64,000 nt of DNA from the human T2T-CHM13v2.0 reference genome, Homo sapiens: NCBI RefSeq assembly GCF_009914755.1, contig NC_060941.1; one strand, 5' to 3'. The position numbers and the translations under genes were made by a program. How positions within the stretch are numbered: position 1 is the first letter of the stretch; each line of letters begins with the position of its first letter. Positions 44,764 to 60,130 of the stretch are shown here, one piece after another. The notes beneath the pieces are model-generated. The model was not told where the DNA came from, ran no database searches, and saw only the letters and a list, made by a program, of their open reading frames with translations.

Positions 44764-47098
44764 AAGAGTTTTCAAACTACGGTAAAATTCAAGTTACAGA
44801 TACCTTTGGGAAATGCCTCATTCTAAGTATTTGAAGCTTCCAGATAGCTAAGATTAAAAATTTTTACATACTAACTTGTTTCTAAGTGTATGCTTTTACA
44901 TTTAAACAAACTAAAAACATAAGCTTTATAAAAAAATTTCAGCCATTTCCAAATTCTCTTCCAAACTTGTTTAGAAACATACATGACAGAGCTTTGGTCG
45001 GATTGTGCAAACTGTTGTGTGTTCTGTTTTTAAAATATTACTTAACTTGTACACTTCCACACATTGGCATGGCACATCATTGCCATTTCCAATACGTTCC
45101 TGTGCTTCACCAATTTCCATAGCTGTCAGAGGGAGAGCAGCCCAGGTGACAGGAAATGAAGTTGTCTGGCTCCGAGTCCTTACTAGGAGGACTTCTGGGA
45201 TCCAGAATCTTTGCATGGGGCAGATGACATATTCTTAGAGGCCATTCATTTTTTCCACTGTAGCTGCTAGTGCCAGTTTCCACTCCACTGCCTGAGGGCA
45301 GGTTGATCTTGTAAGCCATCACCGATGGATTTGTGGTCACTGCCTGGAACCCTGTGCCAAAGAGGACTGGGAGGTCCCATTCAGGAGGGAATCCTCTGAC
45401 TTATTACTGGCATCTGAGCATCTCCCAGCATGGCTGTTCCTACTTGTAATAAGGTGATGTCAAATGACTCCAGGGCAGTGCTCCGGTTCCCATGAACACA
45501 TCTGGTCACTCTGGGAGCTTTTGAGTCAGTGAGCTCTCTCCTCACATCCCGATACACTGTTGTTTGCAAAAATATATTTTTATAGGCAAGGTATTTGTGT
45601 TTTGGATTTGCACCCTGATGCAGGCATTAATTTGTTTAAAAGGATAATTTAACATTTTCAGGAAGCTGAACATCTTTAAATTCTCTTTTGATTATTTCTA
45701 GTTTTATTGCATTATGACCCAGAAATGTGTACAATTTTTGTTCTTGTATACTCACTAAGGATTCTTCTTGTTTTCAGAGTAGGACCAAAGGTATTTCTAT
45801 TTGTTTGCAAGTCTGTTGGCTCAGTTTCTAAAGAGTTCATTTTGTTACCATGTTCTTTTAAGTATATACATACAGGTTAGTTACGTTTCCAGTTTCCTGT
45901 GCTTTTTATTTTTTTTTTAAACAAGCTTTTCTGGCCCTTCATTCTCTCAGACTTTTCCTTCCATGCCTTATGCTGTAGATAAAGTCTATGATCTAACGTC
46001 TGTCAGTTAAGATTGTTTTCAGCTCTGGAGACCAGAAAATCTGACCCACATAGCAAGAACAAGCAAGGGCAGGAGATGAGGCTGAAGAGGCAGGCACCAG
46101 GTTGTCTGAGCTTTTATTCTACTGCAATGAGTAGATAGTGGCAGGGTTTACACAGGGGTGGGGGTATGCCTATATCATGTTTTAACATTTTCAAGAGATC
46201 ACTCTGGATGCTTGAGTGGAGGCTGGACTGTAGCAGGGCAAGACAAGATGCAGGGAGGTTGGAGGATTCTTGGCAGTAGCCCAGTAGGAGAGGAAGGTGA
46301 CTGAAACTGGTTGTGGAAATGGAGATGGTGAATCAGGATGCTGGTTGCACTCAAGAGCCACAGGACTTGCTGTGTGGTTGCATGGGGGTTGGGGGAGAAG
46401 GGAAAAGAGTCAGGGATGACTCTTGGTGCTCCCCTCAGGGAAGAGGCCCCAAGCCTAGTGGTTATCAACAGATGGATGGTATTTAAAGCTATGAGACTGT
46501 GTGGGATCATTCTGAGAGGATCACTAGAGATCTGGTGGAGGAGGAGCAGGAGGATGAGGATAAAGGTGAGAGGGAATCCAGGAGGGAAGGTCCCTAAAAT
46601 CCAGAAGAAAGGGTGGAACTCCTCAATTGTATCGTCTGTGTCAAATGCAGCTAAATGACTGAGATAAAAGTCGTTTCAGCAAAGTACCTTGGAGGAAAGC
46701 TGGAAAGGAGTGGGTGCAAGAGAGGACATGAGGTGAGGAAGTTGCATGGAGCAGAGAAACAGAATGGTAAATGGAGAGAAACCTGGGGTTAAAAAAGGTC
46801 TATTTGTTTAATGCACAGCATTAAGGAATGCTTGTGTGTGGACACTAGCAAAAAATCAGTACAGAGAACCCCAGAATTCTGGGGTCATAGCCCGAAAGGA
46901 CTCCTCAGCTCCAAATTTACTTGAAGTTACAGCTTCCATCTTTAAATTAAATGGGATTTTTTTTTTTTTTGCCATCTATTTCATCATACAGGATGTGACA
47001 CAGAATATATCTGAAAGTATAACTTTCCTGGAAGAACACATCTTAGTTTTTAATATCTAAACTGTATAGCAGCTATTTATCTCACAAAACATTTTTCA

Positions 47099-47352
47099 GG
47101 CTGAGTGCGGTTGGTGACTCACGCCTGTGATTCCAGCACTTTGGGAGGCCAAGGCAGGAAAATTGCTTGAGTCTAGAAGTTCGAGGCCAGCCTGGGCAAT
47201 GTGGGGAGATGTAGTTTCTACAAAAAATTTAGAAATTAACAGGCATGGTGGCACAAACCTGTGGTCTCAGCTACTGGGGAGGCTGAAGCAGGTGGATCGC
47301 TGGAACCCCTTTCGTGGTGCAGTTTGGGCAAAAGAGCAAGAACCTGTCTCAA
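47099..47352 (+). mobile_element. AluJ (internally deleted)
   Basis: Diverged Alu with a shortened right arm. Confidence 0.85.
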
Positions 47353-47860
47353 ATTTTTTGGCTGATGGTTGTAGACATAATGTTTGAGCTTTCAAAAATT
47401 ACAACATTTTAAACTAAATAGTTTGCTGGAAAAAACCACATGTTCCTTCCAGAAACAACTGGTAGACCATCAGGATCATGACAGTCACTTCAAAAAGCTT
47501 TGGTGTGTTGACAAAGGGGAGGTTCACGTGTGATGTTGCTGGTCGCACAGCTACTGCATCCAAGGCAAATGCATGTTAACAACCATATCAAATGTGGGTG
47601 ACCAAGTGGCAACATTTAAGCATTTTACATCCTAACTTATGTGCAACTTAAACCTACTGCCACACTGTGAGTTAGGAAATTGGTAGGTTTTTTTCTATTG
47701 ACTTGTTGTGCCCTATAATTTTTCCTATTTAAAATAATGGGAAACAAGTTTTCAGTTTTTTTCTCAGAAAAAGTCTGACATTTCAGGCACAGATATGTCT
47801 GACAGTTATTACCAGCAGAAGAGTTTCTAGCCTTTTCATCGTAAAATTTTAATTACTTAC

Positions 47861-48287
47861 CTTGGAAATTACTTAACTTCGTTCCTTCCAAATCTGGTAG
47901 TAAAATGGGTGCTCCAGAAAGCTGTGGCACGGATATTCTGCTGCTTTGCTCGTCTCTGCACAGACCTGGGGCTTGAGGAGCCTGCAGCCACGAAGTACAG
48001 GACGTCATCAGAATGGAAAAGCGATCCAGATGGTCCCGCAGGCGCAGTGCTGGGGCGTAAAGTGCAGCCTGTGCACGGCGGGTGGGAGGCGCGCGGGCTC
48101 GCCGGGGCTCGGGACTGTGTTCTTGCAGCCGAGAGGCCCACACAGGACAAGGAGGCCTGACCCAGGCTGTTGGAGCCCGCGAAGAGGGGGTGAAACTCCA
48201 AGGGGCGTAAGGGTGATCACACGTGCGGCCAAGCTTCCCGTCTGCATGGCGAGGGGCTGGGCCTTTCCGTCGTGATTTTTCTCCCAT
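47861..48287 (-). CDS. C17orf51: Coding exon 1 of a two-exon 221-aa ORF (MGEKSRRKGP...TKLSNFQ), C17orf51/LINC02693; real protein-coding status doubtful
   Basis: ATG at 48287 has strong Kozak context (ataATGG). The frame is open for 142 codons plus 1 nt and ends at a perfect donor CAAG/GTAAGT (47861/47860). It sits in a CpG island. Peptide recognised from memory, not by database search. Confidence 0.8.
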
Positions 48288-48700
48288 TATGCCGGGCGCG
48301 TAGCGGGCCCTGGGGCGGCGGGACCGGTGCGGGCGTTCAGTCAGCCCGGGGTCCTGGAGGCCGGCGGGGGGATTCGCAGCAGCCCGAGGGACGGATGGAT
48401 GGCAGAAAGGAGTCTCTACTTCCAGGTTCCCAGTGATCGCTATGTTCCTTACAAGCAGTAAACTCACGACTTCAGACACCCGCCACGGAGCTCCGCGCGC
48501 AGTCCTCAAACAGCCAGCCACGCCGGCCGGGCGCACAGCGCATGCCCCGGGGTCGGGGCGGGGCGGAGGAGACGGGGCGGGGCGGAGGGGACGGGGCGGG
48601 GCGGAGGGGACGAGGCGGAGCCGGGCGGGGTTGAGGGGACGGGGCGGGGCTTGGCGGGGGCGGAGCCGCCCAGCGCTGAATCCAAATCGTATCTAAGCTA
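48000..48700 (-). promoter_or_regulatory. CpG-island promoter with a dense GC-box (Sp1/KLF) and G-quadruplex-prone array
   Basis: High CpG density. Repeated GGGGCGGGGC/GGGCGG motifs at ~48548-48670 lie just upstream of the exon-1 ORF. No TATA box is evident. Confidence 0.85.
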
Positions 48701-50503
48701 TTTTCTAGCTCTGACATCGTATACATCACTGCATACGTGAATAGCATGCCAAATACTGTATAAACCAATACTGGTTTTTTTCTTCTCGGGAGGTACTATA
48801 TAAATAAAGCACGTACACGGTATCTAATATCAGAACATTCAAATCCCATATTGAAAAGATTATAAATTGACCATAATCCTATAATTCTGTTTAGCAACAG
48901 TGCGTTCCTTCTCAGTCTTCACTTTTAAAATATCTAAGAGGCTCGATGTCTTGAGGCTTTTTCTTTTTAAACCCAACATCCTTTTTCACATTTATTAGTT
49001 TAGTACTTTGGTTTTACTCAATAAAAAGGTGGGGTTAAAAAAATCTGAATTATTCTGCAATGTTTCAGGCAACAGAGGCTGAAAACAACACTGTTAAGGC
49101 GGGGGGACAATTCTTATACTCTGTGAGTCTTCTTGTTTAATTTTCATTAAATTTCCAGAATAATAAGCGTAGGATAGCTAACGTTTGTCTTTGCGTCGTA
49201 GATTAGTTAACCTTTACTGAATTCACAATATGGCATCAGAGATTTAATCTGCATTTCCTAATTCTTATAAATTAAAGCTGAAGTTTAAGCTTCATTCGCA
49301 CGTCACAAATACCACTTGCCCTGAATAAATAATGTTTTTAGAAGTGAGCATTCCTGATCTCCCTGTTTGTTAAGAATTGTCTTCTTTTTTCAGCTGCTAC
49401 TCTGCTAAGACAAGAGTTAGCCCCTGAGCTATGTTATCAGTTCAAGGCTTTGCAGATAGCGCTGTATCGTGGGGGAAAAATGAACATGGTTTTCAAAAAG
49501 GAGGAGAACATTTCTATAACGTTGAGACTTTTAGTAATCAGGGCTATTGATGTCAGATGGCTGTTGGGACAAATGACATCATAAAAAATACAAAATTTAA
49601 AATTATGTTTGTTTATGTTTGTTTGTTTTCAGATTTCTTAGTAGTAAAGGGGCTGTGTTTTCACTCAGGCTTATATGATGATGACATTTCTCAGACCAGC
49701 AGCTATCTGCTAGCATTCTGTCCTGGACTTGGGGTGCACCTGTGACAGTAGCTGGGCTTGTCATCCAGTGAATAGCTCATAGTTGACTCCTCTCCATCAG
49801 TATAAGCATGGGTGTGGGTGACTGCATGGTAGAGGGGGCCGGGGTAGCCAGGGACCAGAGGTTAGTGAACCATTGGGTAAGATGTATAACTGTTACTCAG
49901 GCTCATAATTTTTCAACTTTTTCAGATAGTAATAACAAGAAAGTCCATCCTTACCAGTGTCAGTCTCTGTTTTAAGTGTTGTTCATATATTACCTCATTT
50001 AATTATCACACCAACCCTATGAGACTCAGAATGTAAATAGGCTACTGAGGTCACATTGCTGGTGGATCTTAATCTCAGGCCAGCTTGGCTCCTAAGTGTG
50101 TGTTCTCACTCTATTGCCTCTAGAACAGGAAGGAATATATGGATACTGTAAATTGTTAAAGAACAAGTTGAAAGAATTTTATTTCCGGCAACATGGGCTG
50201 ACAAGAACCAGAAAACAACAAAAACTTCTGGAATACATATCAAGAACCATTTTAAAAAATGTATCAATGAGCTGCAAAATAATTAAGAGTTCGCAAAGGC
50301 AAAAAAATTAAAATTAAAAAGTGAAAGTAGAAACCCAAAGAAGTAATTAGATGCCATTTTTCACCCTTAAGATAGTTGCCAAGTGTCATACTGAAACTCT
50401 CTTTTCATAGTCTGGGAAGAGGATGGGGCAGCAGAATAGCAGACAAAGTTTAGATCCTGTCCAAGGTAGGACGGTTAGCAGAAGACATCAAAAGTAGGAC
50501 ACC

Positions 50504-50852
<349 letters not shown>

Positions 50853-51869
50853 CTATGAATCAACCTGTCTGCCTCCCCTGTCTCCTGCCCCCTCAATCCC
50901 TGCAGCCCCTGGAGCAGCAGACAAGATTATCCATCCTGAGGGAAAACATCCCTCCTGAGAGTGAGGATACATTAATATATAACCATGGGCAGCCCTTCCA
51001 CTGGTGGCTTCACACACAAACTGTATAATCTAAAAAGTCTCAAGCTGCAAATTTAAAGTGACATCAGGTTTTTAATGCCTTCCAGGTGCCTGGCAAAAGC
51101 AAAATGGAAGACAGCTTCATGGAATGTAAGTTTTTAATCAAAAATCACAAACATTTATAATGGGCAAGAGCCAGCAGAAACAATGTACAGAGGAGAAAAC
51201 CTACAGAGACTTAAGATATTAGAGTCACCAAACATCACATAAAGTGTGTCTTACATGTAAAGAAACAAGGGGATTAAAGAGCATGAGTATGAAAATAACC
51301 AAGTAGATTGGGAAAAATTACCAAATAGAAATCTAGATTTGAAAAATACCATAATTGAAATGGAAAGTTTAATGGATTAGTGTCACAGCCAACTAGATAC
51401 TACCAAAAAGAGAATAATGGATATGAAGAAATAAAGACATTTTTAGACTTGTAAAGACTTAAGACTTTCTTACCTGGAGACCTGCACCACAAGAAAAATT
51501 AAAGGATGTCTTTTAGGCCTTAAGAAGGATACCATATTGAAATCTAGATCTGCACAAAGGAATGAAGAACACTGGAAATAGTAACAACATGGACAAATAT
51601 ATGATTTGTTATTATTACTTAAGCCTCTTTAAAATATAATTGTTTAAACAAAAATAATAAAGTACTATGGAATTTACAACATGTAAAATAAAATGGATGA
51701 CAGTCATAGCTTAAAGACTAGGAGGGAAGAAGTATACTGATGTAAGTTTCTTATACTAAAATGATATATTATCACTTGAAGGTAGACTGTGATCAGTTGA
51801 AGACATGCACTATAAACACTAAAGCAACCACTAAAATAACAAGCCAAAGAATTGTAGCTGTTCAGGATA

Positions 51870-52820
51870 ACACAAACAATCTCATCAAAAAGTGGACTAA
51901 GGACATGAATAGACAATTCTCAAAAGAAGATATACTAATGGCCAACAAACATATGAAAAAAATGCTCAACTTCACTAATTATCAGAGAAATGCAAATCAA
52001 AACCACAACACGATACCACCTTAATCCTGCAAGAATGACCATAATAAAAGAATCAAAAAATTAAAATAGATGTTGGTGTGGATGTGGTGAGAAGGGAACA
52101 CTTTTACACTGTTGGTGGGAATGTAAACTAATACAACCACTATGGAAAACAGTGTGGCGATTCCTTAAAGAACTAAAAGTAGATCTACCACTTGATCCAG
52201 CAATCCCACTTCTGGTTATCTACCCAGAGGAAAATAAATCATTACATGAAAAAGATACTTGCACATGCATGTTTATAGCAGCATCATTCACAATTGCAAA
52301 AATAAGGAACCAGCCCAAATGCTCATCGATCAACGAGTGAATAAAGAAAATGTGGCATATATGTGTATATGTATGTATGTGTGTATATGTATGTATGTGT
52401 GTATATATATGTGTGTGTGTGTGTGTATATATATATACACACACACACGCATACATACCATGGAATACTACTTAGCCATAAAAAGGAACGAAATAATGGC
52501 ATTTGCAACAACCTGGATGGAATTGGAGACCATTATCCCAAGTGAAGTAGCTCGGAAATGGAAAACCAAACATTGTATATTGTTACTCGTAAGTGGGAGC
52601 TAAGCTATGAGGATGCAAAGGCATAAGAATGATACAATGGACTTTGGGGACTTGGGGGAAAGGGTGGGAGGGGGTCGAGGGATAAAAGACTACACATTAG
52701 GTACAGTGTACACTGCTCTGGTGATGGATGCACAAAAATCTCAGACATTGCCACTAAAAAACTTATTCATGTACAAAACACTGCCTGTTCCCCGCAAAAA
52801 CCTATTGAAATAAAAATAAA
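51870..52820 (+). mobile_element. L1PB-type 3' end with an internal (TG/TA)n tract
   Basis: [23 protein letters not shown]2 C-terminus, followed by L1 3' UTR and poly(A). Confidence 0.88.
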
Positions 52821-54101
52821 GAAGGGTAAAGAGGAAGCAGAAAAAAAAAAAAAAACTGAAAAGCAACCAGTAAAGGAGAGTATGATGTTCACAAAGCCAA
52901 AGGAAAACATTATTTCAAGAAAATGGTGGCCAACTTTATCAAATGCTGCTGAAAGTTGACATAAAATGAGACTTGATAATCAGCCATTGGATTTAGTAAA
53001 GTGGCTAGCCCTCATGACCTCACAAGAGTCCTTTGGGTGAAGTGATAAGGAGAAAGCTTGACTGAAAGGGATTTCTGAGAGAACAAAGTAGAGGGGTTGA
53101 ATGCAGTAAGCACAGGCAACAATTTCAAAAAGCTTCACTCAAAAAAGGAATGGAGAAAAGGCAAGTAATTATAGAGGAAGTAGAGTCAAGATCACTGTGT
53201 TTAATGTTCTATAAGATGAGAAAAAATAATAGCATGTTTGCATGCCAATGGAAATCATCCACAGAGAGGGCAAAATTGATAATGTAGGAAATACAAGGAA
53301 GTATTTCTGGAATAATGTCCTTGGATTGGAAGTTAGGAAAAAGAAATATTGACTTTAGATGATAGATCATTCCATTCATCCATAGTAAGTGGCATATGAG
53401 TATATGAGCACAAATACAAGTGGATGGATAGATGCGTTCATGCCAACTCTTAAGGTTGCTTTCATGAAATAAAGGCAACATAGTACTTTTTCTCCACTTA
53501 AAAATTTACAATAGTTAATAATGTCATATAGAATTATGTGGAATTCTTGAAATATTCAGTGATTAAAAGATTATTTACTGAAGCATGCGTTCTGCCACAT
53601 AGTTTTCTAGGCATTGGAGGTAAAACAGAGACAAGGTTCATACTTTTGTGAAGTGGGGACAAACAGATATATATCACAGGGCACAGAGCAAAGCCAGCTT
53701 TCATAGGGAAGTGAGGAGTCAAGTTCAGAGAGAGTGGGCCCCGGGTCCACCATTCTTTCAATATCTACAGAACTGGGGTTGTAGAGGGGATGGTTTGAGG
53801 TCTTCTAGTGACTAATTTGAACTTGCCATTCCAGATTCATCTCTCATTCAGTCTTTGCCTACATACTTAGCTTCAGCGACTGCCAAATCTAACCACCCCA
53901 GTACAAAACTACACCAACATTTCCATGTGTACTGGTCTGTTTTTTTTTTTTTCATACTAACTCCTTAGCCTCAAATGCCCTTTTCCCCTTCTCATAGCTT
54001 ACCATTATTTTAACACCCTACACAAATAACACCTCTTCAGCACCTTTCTTCAAATAAAATGTATTATCTTAAGGTTTACAATTTAAAAAAAAAGAATTGT
54101 A

Positions 54102-54402
54102 GGCCAGGCACAGTGGCTCACGCCTGTTATCCCAGCACTTTGGGAGGCTGAGGAGGGTGGATCATGAGGTCAGGAGATTGAGACCATCCTGGCTAATACG
54201 GTGAAACCCTGTCTCTACTAAAAATACAAAAAATTAGCTGGGTGTGGTGGTGGGTGCCTGTAGTCTCAGCTACTCAGGAGGCTGAGGCAGGAGAGTGGCG
54301 TGAACCCAGGAAGTGGAGCTTGCAGTGAGCAGAGATCACACCACTGCACTCTGGCCTGGGTGACAGAGTGAGACTCCATCTCAAAAAAAAAAAAAAAAAA
54401 AA
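54102..54402 (+). mobile_element. AluY-like
   Basis: Dimer; TSD aaaagaattgt. Confidence 0.93.
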
Positions 54403-55118
54403 GAATTGTGGCCGTTTAACAAGAGAGATAAAATGAGATAAAATGGTACGATAAAAATACTTGATTAATTCAAAGGAAAATGGAAAAAGGAAATAAAAAA
54501 CAGATGACATGAATAGAGAACATGTGCAAGGTGAGTGGCTCAACCTAATCATATCAGTAATCATATTAAATGTAAATAGTCTAAATACCCCAACTAAAAG
54601 GCAGAGAATGTCAAATTACATTGAAAAACTAAGACCCAACTATATTCTGCCTATAAGAAAGGCACTATAAATATAAAGACACAAATAGGTTCAAAGTATA
54701 AAGATGGAAAAAGACATACCATGCTAAAACTAGTCAAAAGAAATTTAGAGTGGCTATATTAATATCAAAATAGATTTCAGAGCAAAGAATTATTTCTAGG
54801 AATTAAAGGTTATTTCATACTGACAATGTGGTCAGTGAAGAAGATATAACAATCCTAAATGTTTTTGTACCTAATAAGGCTTCAAAATGAATAAAAGAAA
54901 AACTAATAAAACATCAAAGAGAAATAGGAAAATGCATAACTATCAGATATTTTAATAGCCCTCTCTCAATATACTAGGAATACTTTTATGCCAATTAAAT
55001 TCAACACCACGGATAAAATTGACAAATTTCTTCAAAGACAAATTACCAAAGGTCACCCAAGAAGAAACAGATAACCTGAATAGCCCTGTATCTATTAAAG
55101 AAACTCAAAATCGTTTTT

Positions 55119-55153
55119 TACACTTGATCTTAGGTAAAAGGCCTAGAAATGAT
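55119..55153 (-). pseudogene. U2 snRNA 5' fragment (35-nt retro-pseudogene)
   Basis: Reverse complement ATCATTTCTAGGCCTTTTACCTAAGATCAAGTGTA versus U2 nt 1-35 ATCGCTTCTCGGCCTTTTGGCTAAGATCAAGTGTA (30/35). Inserted in L1 sequence. Confidence 0.9.
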
Positions 55154-55182
55154 GAAAAGTGTTGTTTTAAAACCTCCCTATA

Positions 55183-56931
<1,749 letters not shown>

Positions 56932-58359
56932 TTACCAAACATTTAAGGGAGAAGTAATAACAATACTTCACAAACTCTTCCGAAAACTGAAGAGGAGGAA
57001 ATACTTCCCAACTCAATCTATGAAGTCAGCATTACCCTGATACCAAAATTATCCTTGTACCCTGGCCAGACAAGGATATTAGAAGAAAACAAAACTACAG
57101 ACCAATATTCCTCATGAACATAGGGCAAGAATTCTATGCAAAAGTTTAGCAAATGGAATCCTAAATATAATAGAAAGGTAATACATCATAATTAAGTGGT
57201 ATTTATCCTAGAAATGCAAGGTTGATTTAAGAATAAAAAAAAAATCAATGTAATTTACCACATAAACAAACTAAAAAATTATATGATCACCGTAATCAAT
57301 ACAGAAAAAACATTTGGCAAAATCCAACATCCATTATTGATAAAAACTGAGGCTAAATAGGAACAGAGGGAACTTCCTCACGCTGATAAAGGGCAATTCC
57401 AAAAGTCCTTCAGCTAGCATCACACTTGATTGTGGAAGACTGAATACTTTCCCCTTCACATCAGGAACACACTAGGGATGCCTGCCCTCACCACCTCTAT
57501 CCAGCACTGTATTGGAGGCTGTAGACTGTGCAATCAGCCAAGAAACAGAAATAAAGGACATTCAGTTTGGAAAGAAAGACATAAATGGTCGTTATTCACA
57601 GATGACATGATTGTCTGTGTAGAAAATTCAGTGGAATGTACAAGAAGTTAATAAGTGTGTTTATCAAGGTTTTAGGACAAATTAGTGTACAAAAATTGTT
57701 TAATGAGAGCTTTGTAACTTAATTCAAAATTAAAATGTAAAGCATGTATTATTGGTTGGATTAACCATCCCAAAATGTATACATATTGCAAAATATCATA
57801 TTGTACACTATGAATAGATAAAATTTGTATTTGTCAAGTAAAAAAGAAAGAAATTAAAATAAAAAAATTAACAACATTTACAATAGCATGAAAAATGTAA
57901 AGTACTTAGGAACAAATCTGACAAAAAATGTAAAAGGCCTGTACACAGAAAACTGTAAAACATTGCTATGATAAATTAAAGAAGCCATAAATAAATGGGG
58001 AGATATATGTTGTTCATGAGTGAGAAGACTCAATATTGTTAAGAGGTTATACTCTTAAAACACAGATTCAATATAGATTGACTACAATCCCAATCAAAAT
58101 CCAGCAGGCTATTTATTCGTGTCTAGATCCATTCCATCAGAGACCTGGCACCCACAACAATCTGCCAACCCATTTGGGAAATAAGAGTCACCCCTGGTGT
58201 GCCTGAAAAGCACCGTCAGCTCCCCAGGTCACCAGAAACAAAAGTCTTAACTGGCTCTGAGTGTTGGACATCAGATTACCCTGGTTTCAGCATAACGTAC
58301 AGTCAAGTTCAGCTGAAACTGAAGCTGTCCATAACCGCTGCTTTATGTTGGCTTTGGGA

Positions 58360-60130
58360 CCTGGCAACCACCATTCTACTTTGTCTGTATGAACTTGACT
58401 GTTCTAGGTATCCATGTAATTGCAATCTTGTAGCATTTGTCTTTTTGTGACTGGTTTATTTCACTGAAAGCAATGTCCTGAAGATTCATTCATGTTGTTG
58501 CATGTATCAAATTTCCTTCCTTTTAAAAGCTGAATAATATTTCATTGTATGGATATACCACATTCTGCTTATCCATTCATCTGTCAATGAACACTTAACA
58601 TGGCTTCCACCTTTTAGTTATTCTGAATAATACTGCTATGAACATGTCTCTTTATGTGTTTCATGCTATTGTTTTGGGTATATACCTGAAAGTGGCAATG
58701 CTGGATCATATGTTAATTCTGTGTATGGTTTTCTGAGGAGCCATCAAACTGTTTTCCACAGCGGCTGCACCATTTTATATTCCCACCAACAATGCATGGG
58801 GGTTTCAATTTCTCCACATCCTTGCCAATGCTTGTTATTTTCTGTTTGTTTTATTTTTGGATAATAGTCATTCTAACATGTGTGAAGTAGTATCCCACCT
58901 TGGTTTACATTTGCATTCCCTGATGACTAATGATGTCAAGGGTCTTTCCATGTGCTTTTTGTATATCTTCTTTGGAGAAATGTCTTCTCAAGTCCTTTGC
59001 CCATATTTAAATCAAGTTGTTTAAGTTATTTTAAGGATCAAATAAAATAGTGTATTTAGTACGCTGACTGGATCATAATAAACACTCCACAAAATGTTAA
59101 AAAATCGAGGTTTTTTTTGTTGTTGTCAAGTTGAATGATTTTTTTAATTGAAGTATATCTGTACAGATAAGCCACAAATCCCAAGAAAACAGATTGATGA
59201 ATTATCACAAAGTGAACACATCTGGGACACCAGCCCTTAGATCAAGAAATAAAACATTACCAGAGCTCCCATGCAAACACTAAGATAATCACTATGCTGA
59301 CTTATAACGCTATAGGTTCGTTTTGATTGTTTTGGAGCTTCACGGAAATGAAATAGTGTAGCACACATTCATTTGTATCAGGTTTCTTTCACTCAATATT
59401 ATGTTGGTGAGATTCACCAACTGTGCATGGCAGTTATTAATCTATTTTCATTACCATAAAAATTCCATGATATAATATATATTTGTCCATTCTTCCGTGA
59501 TTAACATTGGCTACTATGAAGAGTGCCTCTATCAGGATGCATTTCTTTTGGGTTTTCACATCGGAGTGGGATTTCAGGATTGTAGGGGTGCTCACCTTTA
59601 GCAGTATTCCCAAATAATTTTCCAAAGTAGTTGTGCTATTTCACATTTCCACCAGCAGTGTATAAATGTTTCAGTTACTTCACATTCTCACCAACACTTG
59701 GTATTAACAGTCTTCTTAATTTTAGCCATGCTGGTCGGTGTGTATTGGCTTCTCATTGTGGATCACATTTGTCTGACGTTTTATGAGGTTGGACATTTTT
59801 ATATGCTTTCTGGCCATTTGGATGTTCATTTGTCTTTCCTTACTTCCTTTTTCTTTTTTTAAAAAATGAAGTTCCTATTCCTTTCTCTTGTTCATTTTTC
59901 TGTTGGATTCTTTATTTTATTTGTAGAAATTCTTCATGCACTCTGGACATGAGTCCTTTGCCTGTTATATTGTGACAAATATATTTCCCATTGGTGACTA
60001 ATCTTTTCCCTCTCTTATTGAATTTCTTGAGGGATTCTTAATTTTACTATCATCCAATGTATTGATCTTCTCCTTTTGGGGTAGTTTTTTTTTTTCTATT
60101 GAAGAAATCATTCCCTGCCTTCTGAGGAGC
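58360..60130 (-). mobile_element. Antisense L1M 3'-end fragments
   Basis: ttccacagcggctgcaccattttatattcccaccaacaatg signature; T-rich. Confidence 0.8.
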
